IMG/VR virus record: IMGVR_UViG_3300009388_000001
Coordinates: 1-64,000 of that record
Strand: one strand, 5' to 3'
Source: a virus
DNA length: 64,000 nucleotides
Within the stretch, counting starts at the first letter, position 1, and each line of letters begins with the position of its first letter. The notes under the pieces were generated by a model. The model saw nothing but the letters and a program-made list of their open reading frames with translations. It did no database searches and was not told where the DNA came from. Shown piece by piece: positions 26,753 to 36,202 of the stretch. The translations under genes and the position numbers were made by a program.

Positions 26753-28546
26753 TCATTGAAGATTATCGACTGCTTCCTGGTCTTTGAGCATTTGTGCTTC
26801 AAGTAACAGTTTGTTGGCATTATTGAGCAAATCCCAATCAACAAATTCCTGAGCAATCTTGTCTTTAGATATTTCTATTTTCCAGACTGATCTTGAAACA
26901 TACCCCTTTTCCTTCTTTATATTGAGCGTAAGAGGCGTAAATCCGTATTCTTTGAGCATGATACCCATTGTTTTGGAATTAATAAGCTCCTTCCAAAACA
27001 TGGCCACATAATTTCGCAGATCGGGACCGAATATATAGAGTGAATCACGGTGATAAAACGGCTTGTGAGCAATGCAACCATCCGTCATATTATAAAGCGG
27101 TTTGAACTGATCGAGAAAATGCCTCAACCAATGACGAATCATTCCTTTGTTGGAAGTGTCATCGCCGGCAGAAACTTCTTCACAGAGATTAAGAAGTGCC
27201 TGAGCGACATGGCGCCACTTCTTTGTTTCCACTGACGGCATATAAACGCCGACCGCATCGGCAATCTTTCTTTTAAGATAAATCTGATCGATTAAATTCT
27301 GAATTCCGCCGAGATGAATACAAGCGCCTTCGGTTTCCAATTTATATTCCGGTGGATCAACCATGTATTTTAAAACGCGTCGAACTTTGATTTTGATTAT
27401 TTTTTCGAGAATTTCTTTTGCTTTAGTTACAATTTCAGCGCGTTTATTCGGATCCTTTATACTTAAAGAACGATCAAAAACGATTATCTCCAATTCTTCG
27501 AACGCTTTCTGATTTTCCAAAGCATTGGACGCCGCCTTTAGCGTCCGGCGGTAATACTGCTCAACAAGTTTCTGTGGAAGTCCATTCACTCTGCGAAACG
27601 CTATCAGTAAATCGACGACTTCCTGATCTGACCATCCCGCGCCATACGCAAAGGATGCCAATGAAAGATCGTAAGCTGACGCTGATTCGTCGCCGGACTT
27701 AAAATCTTTTCTTCTCCGTTCCCAGGAAGCCGAAAATTTCGGCTCAAAAGTCATCAGAGCTTCGAATTTGTCTTTGGGCGGATCTGCATTGGGATCGAGT
27801 TTAAAAATCTCGCCCTGAACCACTGTGGCGCTCGGCAGCGATATTTTTTTACGCTCTCCGATCGGAGTGGCATCATCACCGAGATTTACCCGGAATGCGT
27901 TCAGCGCATCTCGGAATTCTACCGGACTGTAGTAATTCTGGGTACACGATTCCAGTGTAATCGGCAGAGGTGGATTATCCTTGAAATTCTTGCCTCCGGG
28001 GATCCGGAAAACCCGCGATAGGTCAAATGTCATATCCAGATCATATCCCATCGACCGTGCGCAATCCCTCATTGTCCATGTAAAATGGTGAAGAAGATCG
28101 GCCGCAGCTTCATGGTCGCGCGCATTATTGATTTTACCGAACTGCTTGAATACCCACCAGAACTGATAACCATGACCGCTATGCACAATAATTGTCGGTT
28201 TCAATGGAAATGGTTCGATAACTTCAAGAGCTCTTTGGTTGGTTTCCGGAAGATTTAATTTTTGATGTGCGGTAGGATTAAGGACATCAACATCAATCCA
28301 TGCTGCGGGAATACCTGATATTTCCTCAGCTTTGCATCGACGATGGGCTGGCAGCGCTTTAGCGCTTGTTCCACAGCCTATATAAGTATCCTGTTTTTGT
28401 CCGTGAGTATTAAAATGTTTTATGGCATCCGACACATGATCGAACCAATAGGAAAGTTTTTTTTCTTTTCCCTTTTGCCATATAAGGAGATATTCTTTTT
28501 CAGGTTTATTATGAAATAATGTATTTAAAAATAATTCTGCACTCAT
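26753..28546 (-). CDS. primase-polymerase (AEP family)
   Basis: Motifs AAWIDVDV and IIVHSGHGYQFWW. The ATG at 28546 is preferred over the upstream extension. Confidence 0.6.
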   Translation of the reverse strand: MSAELFLNTLFHNKPEKEYLLIWQKGKEKKLSYWFDHVSDAIKHFNTHGQKQDTYIGCGTSAKALPAHRRCKAEEISGIPAAWIDVDVLNPTAHQKLNLPETNQRALEVIEPFPLKPTIIVHSGHGYQFWWVFKQFGKINNARDHEAAADLLHHFTWTMRDCARSMGYDLDMTFDLSRVFRIPGGKNFKDNPPLPITLESCTQNYYSPVEFRDALNAFRVNLGDDATPIGERKKISLPSATVVQGEIFKLDPNADPPKDKFEALMTFEPKFSASWERRRKDFKSGDESASAYDLSLASFAYGAGWSDQEVVDLLIAFRRVNGLPQKLVEQYYRRTLKAASNALENQKAFEELEIIVFDRSLSIKDPNKRAEIVTKAKEILEKIIKIKVRRVLKYMVDPPEYKLETEGACIHLGGIQNLIDQIYLKRKIADAVGVYMPSVETKKWRHVAQALLNLCEEVSAGDDTSNKGMIRHWLRHFLDQFKPLYNMTDGCIAHKPFYHRDSLYIFGPDLRNYVAMFWKELINSKTMGIMLKEYGFTPLTLNIKKEKGYVSRSVWKIEISKDKIAQEFVDWDLLNNANKLLLEAQMLKDQEAVDNLQ

Positions 28547-28619
28547 GTCAGCCTCGCGAAGTAGAATTAATGGAATACAGGGCGGATTGCTCCGCCCTGT
28601 TGAATCAAACATGCATCAA

Positions 28620-29372
28620 CTACTGCATGTCTTCGCGAGCGACTGTCACTTTCTCCATTGATTCGCGGAAAGCTTTAATATAAGAGTCGATTTGGGACTT
28701 TGCGCTATCCGGAAGAACCGCAAGCAAACGCGGTTTTAATTTTGAATATTTGATACCGCCTTTATTCTGATCAGGCTGCAAACCAATACTCAAAATAGCG
28801 TTGGAGTATTTAATATCTTTGCTGGCCAGAGAAAGCATGAATTTCTTTAACGGACCAACCGATGCTACCGGAACAGGCACGACAACCGGCAGAGATTCGC
28901 CTGGTTTCATGACAAACAATGTTCCGACTACCTTGCAGGCTTGACCGCCTCCGCCTTTGGGATCACTTTCCCACTGGGCGTACGGACAAGTTGCGCAAAG
29001 GCCACCGGGATTACCCACGCCCGACTTTAAATCCTTGGAACGGCAATCCGGCATTGAACCTTCTCCGGAAAATTCTTCACGCCAGAAATTGCGCGTAATG
29101 TTATACATCAAAATAATGCCGTCAATTGTTTTAACTGCTTCTGTTTCGCCGTCAAGACCGCAGACTTCCCAATTTGTTGCGCCACCACTGGGGAATTTAA
29201 TGCGCTCGAAATCGGACGGCTTGAGATCCTGACCGCCGAGATTTTCCCTAACGATTGCCAGAGCATTTTCATTAATAAATGCAAAATTATTAATGTCATC
29301 CTGTGTTGCAATAGGGAACTTTCCGTTTTCTTGATTTACAGGCACTATTGCCCCTTTTTCTGCTTTTGCCAT
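28620..29372 (-). CDS. hypothetical Cys-containing protein
   Basis: GGAGGCAGCCTT precedes the ATG at 29372. It contains CATCPYAQW..C. Function not recognised. Confidence 0.5.
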   Translation of the reverse strand: MAKAEKGAIVPVNQENGKFPIATQDDINNFAFINENALAIVRENLGGQDLKPSDFERIKFPSGGATNWEVCGLDGETEAVKTIDGIILMYNITRNFWREEFSGEGSMPDCRSKDLKSGVGNPGGLCATCPYAQWESDPKGGGGQACKVVGTLFVMKPGESLPVVVPVPVASVGPLKKFMLSLASKDIKYSNAILSIGLQPDQNKGGIKYSKLKPRLLAVLPDSAKSQIDSYIKAFRESMEKVTVAREDMQ

Positions 29373-29400
29373 AAGGCTGCCTCCTTTTTTTTGGCTTTTG

Positions 29401-29898
29401 TTACTTTCGTATACGAATGTCAATCTTCTCCGTAACCCTGATCATTTTATTGAAAGGTTCCGGTAACACTGCCGCTATTTCTTCCGGAGTCGCAATAACT
29501 TCTCCGTTGGAATCAATTAAATTGGAATTTTGCTGGATTACTTCACGAACGTACGATGAAAGTTTCTGCGTGCCGAATGAAATATAATCATCCATATCCA
29601 AAGCCATCATTGCGGATACTACTTCTTTTTTATCGACTTCTTTTTCAATACCCGCCCAGATCTGCTTTGCTATATAGACATTCTTGCCACTGGACTTCAT
29701 GGACCTGACGCCCATTTCGATAAACAGGTTTTTTACCTGCTCTTTAACCAATGTCAATTCTGTATCAATATCATCCAGAACTTTTTGTGCTGCTTTCTTT
29801 TCTGAATCAAGTTGTATACACTTTGCTAGTAATGTACTGGCGTCTACTACCGATCCCGCTGCAACGGGAGTTTCCTGCGGTGCTGCCTCACCGTTCAT
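29401..29898 (-). CDS. hypothetical coiled-coil protein
   Basis: 165 aa with AAGGAG upstream. Part of the replication module. Confidence 0.5.
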   Translation of the reverse strand: MNGEAAPQETPVAAGSVVDASTLLAKCIQLDSEKKAAQKVLDDIDTELTLVKEQVKNLFIEMGVRSMKSSGKNVYIAKQIWAGIEKEVDKKEVVSAMMALDMDDYISFGTQKLSSYVREVIQQNSNLIDSNGEVIATPEEIAAVLPEPFNKMIRVTEKIDIRIRK

Positions 29899-29902
29899 AA
29901 TA

Positions 29903-30163
29903 TTACTCCTTTCCTAAAATTGGTCTTTTTTGCATCCACTCCTGATATTTTTCCTGCAAGTTTACGATATTCATTAATTTGGATAATTTGTTCATATGTT
30001 CTTTCTTTGGTTCGGACATTCCGTTTTCCCATTGATAGACCATGTGATACCCTACCCCTATTGCCGTGCCTACATCATCGAGAACCAATTTCGATTCTTT
30101 CCTCCACTGCCTTAGAGGATTCGATGCGAGCCATTCTTTTTTCTGTTCTTTATAATTGCTCAT
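29903..30163 (-). CDS. XRE-family HTH protein
   Basis: HTH motif LDDVGTAIGVGYHMVYQWENG. ATG at 30163, preceded by AACAACAACAACAAAGGAGG. Confidence 0.6.
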   Translation of the reverse strand: MSNYKEQKKEWLASNPLRQWRKESKLVLDDVGTAIGVGYHMVYQWENGMSEPKKEHMNKLSKLMNIVNLQEKYQEWMQKRPILGKE

Positions 30164-30245
30164 ATCGAACCTCCTTTGTTGTTGTTGTTTAATATCTGCA
30201 AACAACAATGTCAAGGTCAATATGAAAACAGAATAAAATCAATTA

Positions 30246-32060
30246 TTAGTGACTGTGAAGACCGACTTCTATTTCACTGCCAAACTTCTTGTCATCAAAT
30301 TCCGGAACGTCTTCGATGTCATTAATGTCTTTATATTGATTGAGAACCGAAGCAATAACTTCCTGTCTCTTTTCCAGAGCTTCCATAACTTTGAAATCAA
30401 CCGTGTCTTTGGCCAGAAGATGCAGATACATGCCTTCCCGCGTCTGTCCAGGACGATCAACACGTTTGATTGATTGCTCATAATCACCCAGAGAAAATCC
30501 CAGAGAATAATAAATTGAATATCTGGCGCGTGTAAAATCGACCCCTTCCCTGCCCGATTTGATCTGTACGCCGAGCACATCGCTCTTGCCGCTCTGCCAC
30601 TGCGACAATTCGTTTGCATTACCGGATAATTCCGCATAACGGCGTCCCTGTTTTTCCGCAACTTCCTTGATTGCTTTCAGATCATTGGTGAACCTTGCAA
30701 AAATAACCAGTGGTTCTTGAAGTTCAAAATCTTCAAGTGTATCAGCTAATAATTTTTTCTTGCTGTCACCGATATGTTGCTTATCAATATAACCGGAAGT
30801 AATTTCCTGTAATCTAAGTAACTTGACTAACGCGTTCGCTGCGGTTACTTCGCCATTATTCACTTCAGCCATAAATTGCGTGTCCATCTGCCGGTAAATC
30901 TTGCGTTCTTCATCGGATAATTCGCATGTTCTTATTTCCGACTGGAATTTCGGTAAATCGAAAACATCGGCCGACTTGACTCTGTGGGCAATGAGAAACA
31001 TTTTATCATGCAGCATTTCGCTATTGCGATAACCCAGAACTACACCATATTCATGCGTCTTTTCCTCATATTCTCCCTGATCGTTGATCTTGCCTGTTTT
31101 TTGAGTACGCATATCGATAAAAGCATACTGGGAACGGAACTTGGTGAATGATGTACCGAATATTCCCGGATCCGCAAAACGGTACTGACCGTATATATCC
31201 AGAGGACTATGCGGTAATGGCGTGCCGGTCAGTTCCAGCCGGCATCTTGCAGTCTTGGCCAGTTTCGCGAAGAACTTGGAAGCCACGCCTCCCGGAGATT
31301 TTATTCTATGACTTTCATCAAGCACGACCAGATCAAATCCGACTTCCATTGCCCACGATGCAAACGGTTCGCGCCATGCCGATTCATAATTAACAACGCA
31401 TACAAACTGTTTGTTCAGATTGGCGGCGCGGTATCTGGCCAGTTCGGCGCTATGCGTCTTTTTCTCTACGCTGATTTTGCTGCCAATAACCGGATGAATA
31501 ATTAGATTTTTGAATGCTTTCGGAACTGCGTGAATTTCAAATTGTCCGATACGATCTTCGTTTCCGGTCCATACTTCAATGACCGGTTGTGGACAGACAA
31601 TCAGTACAGCATTAATGCTTTCCGGATAATTGCAAACCAGATCCACAGTGACTTTTGACTTTCCGCATCCCATGTCCAGTGCTGCCATATATCCGCCACC
31701 TATCGACGAATTATCAACGAGACCGAAAATATTAATCATCATGTTGTATGTGATTAACTGATGATGCCAGCATGGTATATTTGTAACCGGATTTGTAAGC
31801 GGATGTTTTCCGTTTCGGATGGATTGGGCGACAAAGAGACGATCGGCAATTTTTTGAAATTTTTGCCGGTCATCTTCTTTGATTTGACAATTGAAAGATG
31901 ATTGTAAAATACTTGCTGCAGTTGCCGGAGTTAATAAATACTCCCAGGCACGTTCCCGGGGAACCCAACGTCCCCCGGGAATGGCTGCACAACGGTCTTT
32001 TTGATCATAGTGCGTTCTGATACGTACAATATTCGCACCAGAAAAGTCGAATTGAACCAT
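30246..32060 (-). CDS. SNF2-family helicase
   Basis: Motifs MGCGKS, VVLDESHRIK and C-terminal VDRPGQTR. GGAGGCAGCC upstream. Confidence 0.8.
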   Translation of the reverse strand: MVQFDFSGANIVRIRTHYDQKDRCAAIPGGRWVPRERAWEYLLTPATAASILQSSFNCQIKEDDRQKFQKIADRLFVAQSIRNGKHPLTNPVTNIPCWHHQLITYNMMINIFGLVDNSSIGGGYMAALDMGCGKSKVTVDLVCNYPESINAVLIVCPQPVIEVWTGNEDRIGQFEIHAVPKAFKNLIIHPVIGSKISVEKKTHSAELARYRAANLNKQFVCVVNYESAWREPFASWAMEVGFDLVVLDESHRIKSPGGVASKFFAKLAKTARCRLELTGTPLPHSPLDIYGQYRFADPGIFGTSFTKFRSQYAFIDMRTQKTGKINDQGEYEEKTHEYGVVLGYRNSEMLHDKMFLIAHRVKSADVFDLPKFQSEIRTCELSDEERKIYRQMDTQFMAEVNNGEVTAANALVKLLRLQEITSGYIDKQHIGDSKKKLLADTLEDFELQEPLVIFARFTNDLKAIKEVAEKQGRRYAELSGNANELSQWQSGKSDVLGVQIKSGREGVDFTRARYSIYYSLGFSLGDYEQSIKRVDRPGQTREGMYLHLLAKDTVDFKVMEALEKRQEVIASVLNQYKDINDIEDVPEFDDKKFGSEIEVGLHSH

Positions 32061-32108
32061 GAGGCTGCCTCCAAATGGATAACTCGCGTTAACGAAAAAC
32101 GCGGCTAG

Positions 32109-32136
32109 ATTAATATGAACAAAATGTTTATGTCAA
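32109..32136 (-). promoter_or_regulatory. sigma70-like promoter for the SNF2/replication operon
   Basis: On the minus strand this reads TTGACA, 15-16 nt spacer, TATTAAT. A CGTTAACG palindrome lies downstream. Confidence 0.4.
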
Positions 32137-32204
32137 GAAAAAAGTGTTACTGACAGTTAAACAAAATGCATTATCAGTTATAGTGAATTGAAAAATAAAA
32201 AGAA

Positions 32205-32609
32205 TTATTTAGAATTTTTTTTGATTTTATCAAGTCTGTCATTGATACTTTTAGTCATGTCTTTAAGTGTATTCATGATATTGTTGTGAGAACCTTCTTT
32301 ATGTTTTGATAATAAATTCATGGCACTAACATAACTTAAGTAAAAATGTTTTAATACTTTATTGTCGCTTTTTAAAATCTGCAGTACGCATTTTATAATC
32401 TTTTCTTCTTTAACGGTGTAGATAGAAAAATATTCTTCTATATTAGTACCTAATGCTTCGAGGATTTTTTCAAAGGATGGTTGTATAAGCTTTTTCTTGC
32501 CGTTTTCCATTTGGCTGATCTGTGTAATGGATAGTCCGGTCTTTTTGGCAAGTTCAATCTGCGTCATGCCTTTTGCCTGACGCAGTTCTTTTAATCTTTT
32601 ATGCAGCAT
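32205..32609 (-). CDS. XRE/CI-like HTH regulator
   Basis: Motif LKELRQAKGMTQIELAKKTGLSITQISQMENG, with a C-terminal domain of about 70 aa. Confidence 0.65.
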   Translation of the reverse strand: MLHKRLKELRQAKGMTQIELAKKTGLSITQISQMENGKKKLIQPSFEKILEALGTNIEEYFSIYTVKEEKIIKCVLQILKSDNKVLKHFYLSYVSAMNLLSKHKEGSHNNIMNTLKDMTKSINDRLDKIKKNSK

Positions 32610-32616
32610 AACGCAC

Positions 32617-32874
32617 CTATGCATTACAGAATGCTATTTTATCCAGACCAGACGCTGCTTCAAGTACTGCTGTAGTAAATTCAGGAGTATATCCGTTTTC
32701 TGAATTCATCTCATTAGCCCAATCTATAGCATGTTGCAAATCATGTCCACAAAAGAAATTTGTTCCATAGGTTCCACTCAACCCTGGCCAGACAGTACTT
32801 AGTTCATAACCGCGCGCGGAATCGTACATTTCAGGAATAATAACAAAAAGACAACGTGTTTTCTGTCCTGGCAT
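32617..32874 (-). CDS. hypothetical protein
   Basis: 85 aa with GGAGG upstream. First gene after the iteron region. Confidence 0.45.
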   Translation of the reverse strand: MPGQKTRCLFVIIPEMYDSARGYELSTVWPGLSGTYGTNFFCGHDLQHAIDWANEMNSENGYTPEFTTAVLEAASGLDKIAFCNA

Positions 32875-32906
32875 TATTTTTTAAAAATCCTCCTATAAAA
32901 ATTAAA

Positions 32907-32944
32907 AAGACTTAAAAAGACTTTTAGAAGACTTTAAAAGACTT
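32907..32944. repeat. four helically phased AAGACTT repeats
   Basis: AAGACTT occurs at 32907, 32917, 32928 and 32938, giving spacings of 10, 11 and 10 nt. Confidence 0.8.
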
Positions 32945-32988
32945 CATTACAAAAAAACAGAATAAAATCAATTAATTTTATGTTAATT

Positions 32989-33092
32989 GGTCAATAGACG
33001 GCACACTTTTGCCGGTACATGGCATTATCTGGTCGGTAGACGGCACACTCCTGCCGGTATGTGGTATTGTTTCAGTCGATAGATGGCACTAT
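32989..33092 (+). repeat. iteron cluster 1 (three direct repeats, about 42-bp units)
   Basis: GGTCAATAGACGGCACACT (32989), GGTCGGTAGACGGCACACT (33031) and AGTCGATAGATGGCACTAT (33074). Confidence 0.8.
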
Positions 33093-33253
33093 TGTGTTTC
33101 CTTATATATTTTATTGGCTTGATCAAGAACTTCTGCAGACAAACATGCTCCTACCATATCAGTTAATCGACACACATCATGGGTATAATCAATTTTAAAT
33201 AAAAATTGCCTTATAACATTTCTTAATTTTGTTATTTTCTCTTTATCGTCCAT
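33089..33253 (-). CDS. hypothetical small protein between the iteron clusters
   Basis: 54 aa from the ATG at 33253, with AAGGAG upstream. Confidence 0.3.
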   Translation of the reverse strand: MDDKEKITKLRNVIRQFLFKIDYTHDVCRLTDMVGACLSAEVLDQANKIYKETQ

Positions 33254-33279
33254 ATAAAAATCTCCTTTAAAATCAATCA

Positions 33280-33349
33280 GGTCGATAGACGGCACACTCT
33301 AAACAGTCGATAGACGGCACAGTTTTTGTCGGTCGGTAGATGGCACAGT
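33280..33349 (+). repeat. iteron cluster 2 (three direct repeats, 25-26 bp spacing)
   Basis: GGTCGATAGACGGCACACT (33280), AGTCGATAGACGGCACAGT (33305) and GGTCGGTAGATGGCACAGT (33331). Confidence 0.8.
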
Positions 33350-33374
33350 TTACAAAATAAGTTTACTTATAAAA

Positions 33375-34319
33375 CTAAGTGTTCTTATTTTTATAAGTTA
33401 GTGTCTTTGCGTCACTTCCTTTTTTTCTGATTGTAACTATGTCGTCGCGACTTAGATCAAAAAATTCCAGATATTCTTTTTCCTGCAGTTCTTTCAGGCC
33501 AGTTTTGATAATTGCCCGGATGTGTTTACGTTCCTGATTTGTATTAATATTAATGGCTACAACCAGTTTATCGATATGAATTTGATAGTCTTTTCCTTGA
33601 GATTCCAGAAATCGATGAAGTGACTTGGATATCGGTCGTGTTAATGACATTCTAAAATTAACGTCGATAGATGTCACCATTGTTTCCAGATAAGCTTCTT
33701 TGAAGTAAGGATTCAAAGTGACCGTTATTTTGCCGGTTCCGGTTATACTGTAGCCGGTTAAAATGGTATTTCCCATTTTAATCATCGGATTTTTAGTCTT
33801 AATATTATCCCATACCTCAATAGTAACCAAAGTGCCGGTAAGCCGTTCTATGGCCTTGTCCATGGCCACATTAGTATTCTTGCCCCTGCCCTTCCCTATT
33901 GAATCACAAATGTCCTTACGGGACACTGTAAGCGTTAATGCCTGGCGTTTTTGAAAGAGACGAACCAATGCCAGCAATATATCTTCATCCTGAATGGACA
34001 ATTTAACGCCCTTGATAGACATTCTGCCCCATGAATTCTCCCATGTAAGTTCCTGGTATTCACGTTTTGCTTTGTCGCTGAGCGGAAAAAATGGAGATAA
34101 TCTGGTCATTTCAGTGGGAATGAAACTAAAAGTGGCCTGATCCGGTGGGCTGGGCCGGTTAAAAATGGCCTTTCTTACTTCATCGACAGTGCATTGCACG
34201 ATCTGGTTTTCTTCAACTACCTTTTTTACCGCATTGGAAAAAGCAGGATCCTGTGTTGCAAGTTCATAGCTTTTCTTTGCTTTGTCAATGATGCTCTGTA
34301 ATTCATCATCTATCGGCAT
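33375..34319 (-). CDS. plasmid-type replication initiator (RepA / RPA-family-like)
   Basis: Motif MTRLSPFFPLSDKAKREY...IQDEDILLALVRL, as in initiator protein A families. Iterons lie immediately adjacent. Confidence 0.55.
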   Translation of the reverse strand: MPIDDELQSIIDKAKKSYELATQDPAFSNAVKKVVEENQIVQCTVDEVRKAIFNRPSPPDQATFSFIPTEMTRLSPFFPLSDKAKREYQELTWENSWGRMSIKGVKLSIQDEDILLALVRLFQKRQALTLTVSRKDICDSIGKGRGKNTNVAMDKAIERLTGTLVTIEVWDNIKTKNPMIKMGNTILTGYSITGTGKITVTLNPYFKEAYLETMVTSIDVNFRMSLTRPISKSLHRFLESQGKDYQIHIDKLVVAININTNQERKHIRAIIKTGLKELQEKEYLEFFDLSRDDIVTIRKKGSDAKTLTYKNKNT

Positions 34320-34542
34320 GAAGTTCTTCCAGCTTTCTTATGATGTAATCATGCAGTCCCAAATCATCAGGATGCGAGGTTGCTGCGATTTTTAACTTTT
34401 TATGCAATTGTTTTGGAATATACAAAAGAAATGTTTTTACATTTTCCGGAGCAGATTTGGACTTTGTTTCTTTGGAATGCGCATCAATAACATTGAACAA
34501 TTTATTATCTTTCGCGTCTTCTTTCTTTAGTTTCATAACCAT
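34306..34542 (-). CDS. small ParG/RHH-like partition or regulatory protein
   Basis: About 78 aa. The segment FLLYIPKQLHKKLKIAA is compatible with a ribbon-helix-helix strand. It overlaps the end of parA. Confidence 0.4.
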   Translation of the reverse strand: MVMKLKKEDAKDNKLFNVIDAHSKETKSKSAPENVKTFLLYIPKQLHKKLKIAATSHPDDLGLHDYIIRKLEELHADR

Positions 34543-35174
34543 ATGCAGACTTCCTCCCATAATGCTTCAATTTCCCGGACTGCCTCCCGATCTTTATATT
34601 CGATAACGCCCTTCCCTTCCGCGAAACTGCGCTTGTATGCCTGTCTGTAATGCAAGATCGTACCTAACGAAAGCGCTCCTATGTTTTTAAGAATTTCTAC
34701 AGTTTCCTCCCCTATAATAGTATTTCGTACTTGTTGATTAAGCAAGCAAAATATATGCATTGCATTGGGACGCGCCTTTTGGATTTCCTGTGCAATCTTG
34801 ATTGTCCCCTGTGACGCCCACAGATCGGGCGCTGATGGCAATAAGGGAATCAGTACAACGTCAGCCGCGGCCATGGCCGATCGAAATGCCTTGGAATCCC
34901 TGCCCCCTGTATCGATAATGGCCATATCATAAGTTTCCTTGTATTTCTTAGGAAGCTCAGTATGAATGACATCCGAAGTAATATTCGCAACCAGAATTGT
35001 GGGTTTGATATCGCTTTCCGCCCGGACCAGAGCCACGTCAAGCGCAGTTTGTTGCAGATCGGCGTTAACAAGCAATGTTTTCAGCCCATCGCGCATGGCG
35101 GCAATCGCAAGATTGAACGCGATCGTGCTCTTGCCGGTACCGCCCTTCTGGTTGGCAACTGTGATAACTTTCAT
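34533..35174 (-). CDS. parA: ParA partition ATPase (small, type Ib-like)
   Basis: Deviant Walker A VANQKGGTGKST. 213 aa. Confidence 0.8.
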   Translation of the reverse strand: MKVITVANQKGGTGKSTIAFNLAIAAMRDGLKTLLVNADLQQTALDVALVRAESDIKPTILVANITSDVIHTELPKKYKETYDMAIIDTGGRDSKAFRSAMAAADVVLIPLLPSAPDLWASQGTIKIAQEIQKARPNAMHIFCLLNQQVRNTIIGEETVEILKNIGALSLGTILHYRQAYKRSFAEGKGVIEYKDREAVREIEALWEEVCIWL

Positions 35175-35193
35175 GTTATTTTTGTTATATTCC

Positions 35194-35296
35194 TAAGTTT
35201 AGTAAGAACACTAAATTTAGTTAGGAAACTAAGTCACCATTGATAACTTATGTTTCTTTTGAAACTTAAATAGCTTAGAAAAATATGTTTTGTCAA
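35194..35296 (-). promoter_or_regulatory. parA promoter with palindromic operator region
   Basis: On the minus strand this reads TTGACA, 18 nt spacer, TATTTA (35296-35267). Downstream lie the palindrome CTAAATTTAG and the CCTAA...TTAGG inverted repeat (35192-35226). Confidence 0.4.
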
Positions 35297-35302
35297 GGAA
35301 AT

Positions 35303-35569
35303 TTATGGAGCAATTTGTACCGGTGCACGATAATTATTAATTAACCGAATAAGCATTTCGTTTATATTCATATAATCAGTCGTACAAAAAATTGGCAATC
35401 TCTTTTCATTTACGGATAAAGGTGTTTGTGAATATTCTTCAGTTTTAATACTGAAAGGCATATTAAAGTCATTCGTTGAATTCTTAACATGCATATAAAT
35501 TCGATCAATACCTTCTTGAACATCAACAAATGTTCCATCACTGGAACCACCTATTAATAAAATATTCAT
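35303..35569 (-). CDS. hypothetical protein
   Basis: 88 aa with GGAGGCATAAA upstream of the ATG. Confidence 0.5.
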   Translation of the reverse strand: MNILLIGGSSDGTFVDVQEGIDRIYMHVKNSTNDFNMPFSIKTEEYSQTPLSVNEKRLPIFCTTDYMNINEMLIRLINNYRAPVQIAP

Positions 35570-35570
35570 T

Positions 35571-35786
35571 TTATGCCTCCACGACTAATTTTCCCCTGCG
35601 CTCGGCAGGATGATGACTGGTCCAGTATTTTTGTTTATGCTGTTTTTCCGTCAATATCAGCATGTGATTTACTTTGGGCAATGGGGCAGGGCGGACATGG
35701 CCATCCAGAGAAGTATGTGTCATTTCCAGATCGCCGTGTTCTTCCTGTATCTCGCGCAGAAGTGTTATGTAAGTTGATATGTTCAT
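35571..35786 (-). CDS. hypothetical protein
   Basis: 71 aa, co-directional and tightly packed with its neighbours. Confidence 0.45.
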   Translation of the reverse strand: MNISTYITLLREIQEEHGDLEMTHTSLDGHVRPAPLPKVNHMLILTEKQHKQKYWTSHHPAERRGKLVVEA

Positions 35787-35789
35787 TTT

Positions 35790-36158
35790 TTAATCCTCTG
35801 GTGATGATACATACGGATATGTAACATCTACCCAATCAGGACAACCCTCAACTTCATCTTTATCATCAGTAAAGACATCAATAATGACATTGCATTGTTT
35901 GCACCCGGTTGATTTCCACCAATAACCACCACCATAAGATGAATATATTTCAATGATTTCCGGTTCTTTGCCGCAAGTACATTGTTTTTGGCGATCTTCT
36001 TCACGCCAATGTTTATCAACTTCTTCGGAAGTGTCCCATAATTTCGGACAACAAATATCGGATGTACCGTCGTATTCAAAATGTTTTATTGTTCCATCCG
36101 GAAATTTTACCAGACCATGCGCGTGACTCACAACAAATCCCTCCTGATTTTTATCCAT
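35790..36158 (-). CDS. hypothetical Cys-rich protein
   Basis: 122 aa with several CxxC-like pairs. No clear SD. Confidence 0.45.
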   Translation of the reverse strand: MDKNQEGFVVSHAHGLVKFPDGTIKHFEYDGTSDICCPKLWDTSEEVDKHWREEDRQKQCTCGKEPEIIEIYSSYGGGYWWKSTGCKQCNVIIDVFTDDKDEVEGCPDWVDVTYPYVSSPED

Positions 36159-36202
36159 GATATAACAGAACCGATAAATAAAATCAAAAGCAGCTTTTAT
36201 TA

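Noticed and set aside
26575-26856. 93-aa minus-strand ORF covering AT-rich repeat copy A.
   Set aside because: It lies in the repeated, iteron-like AT-rich element and overlaps the 3' end of the primase-polymerase gene. Its product is Ile/Asn/Lys-rich and it has no SD. The equivalent region in copy B is not open.
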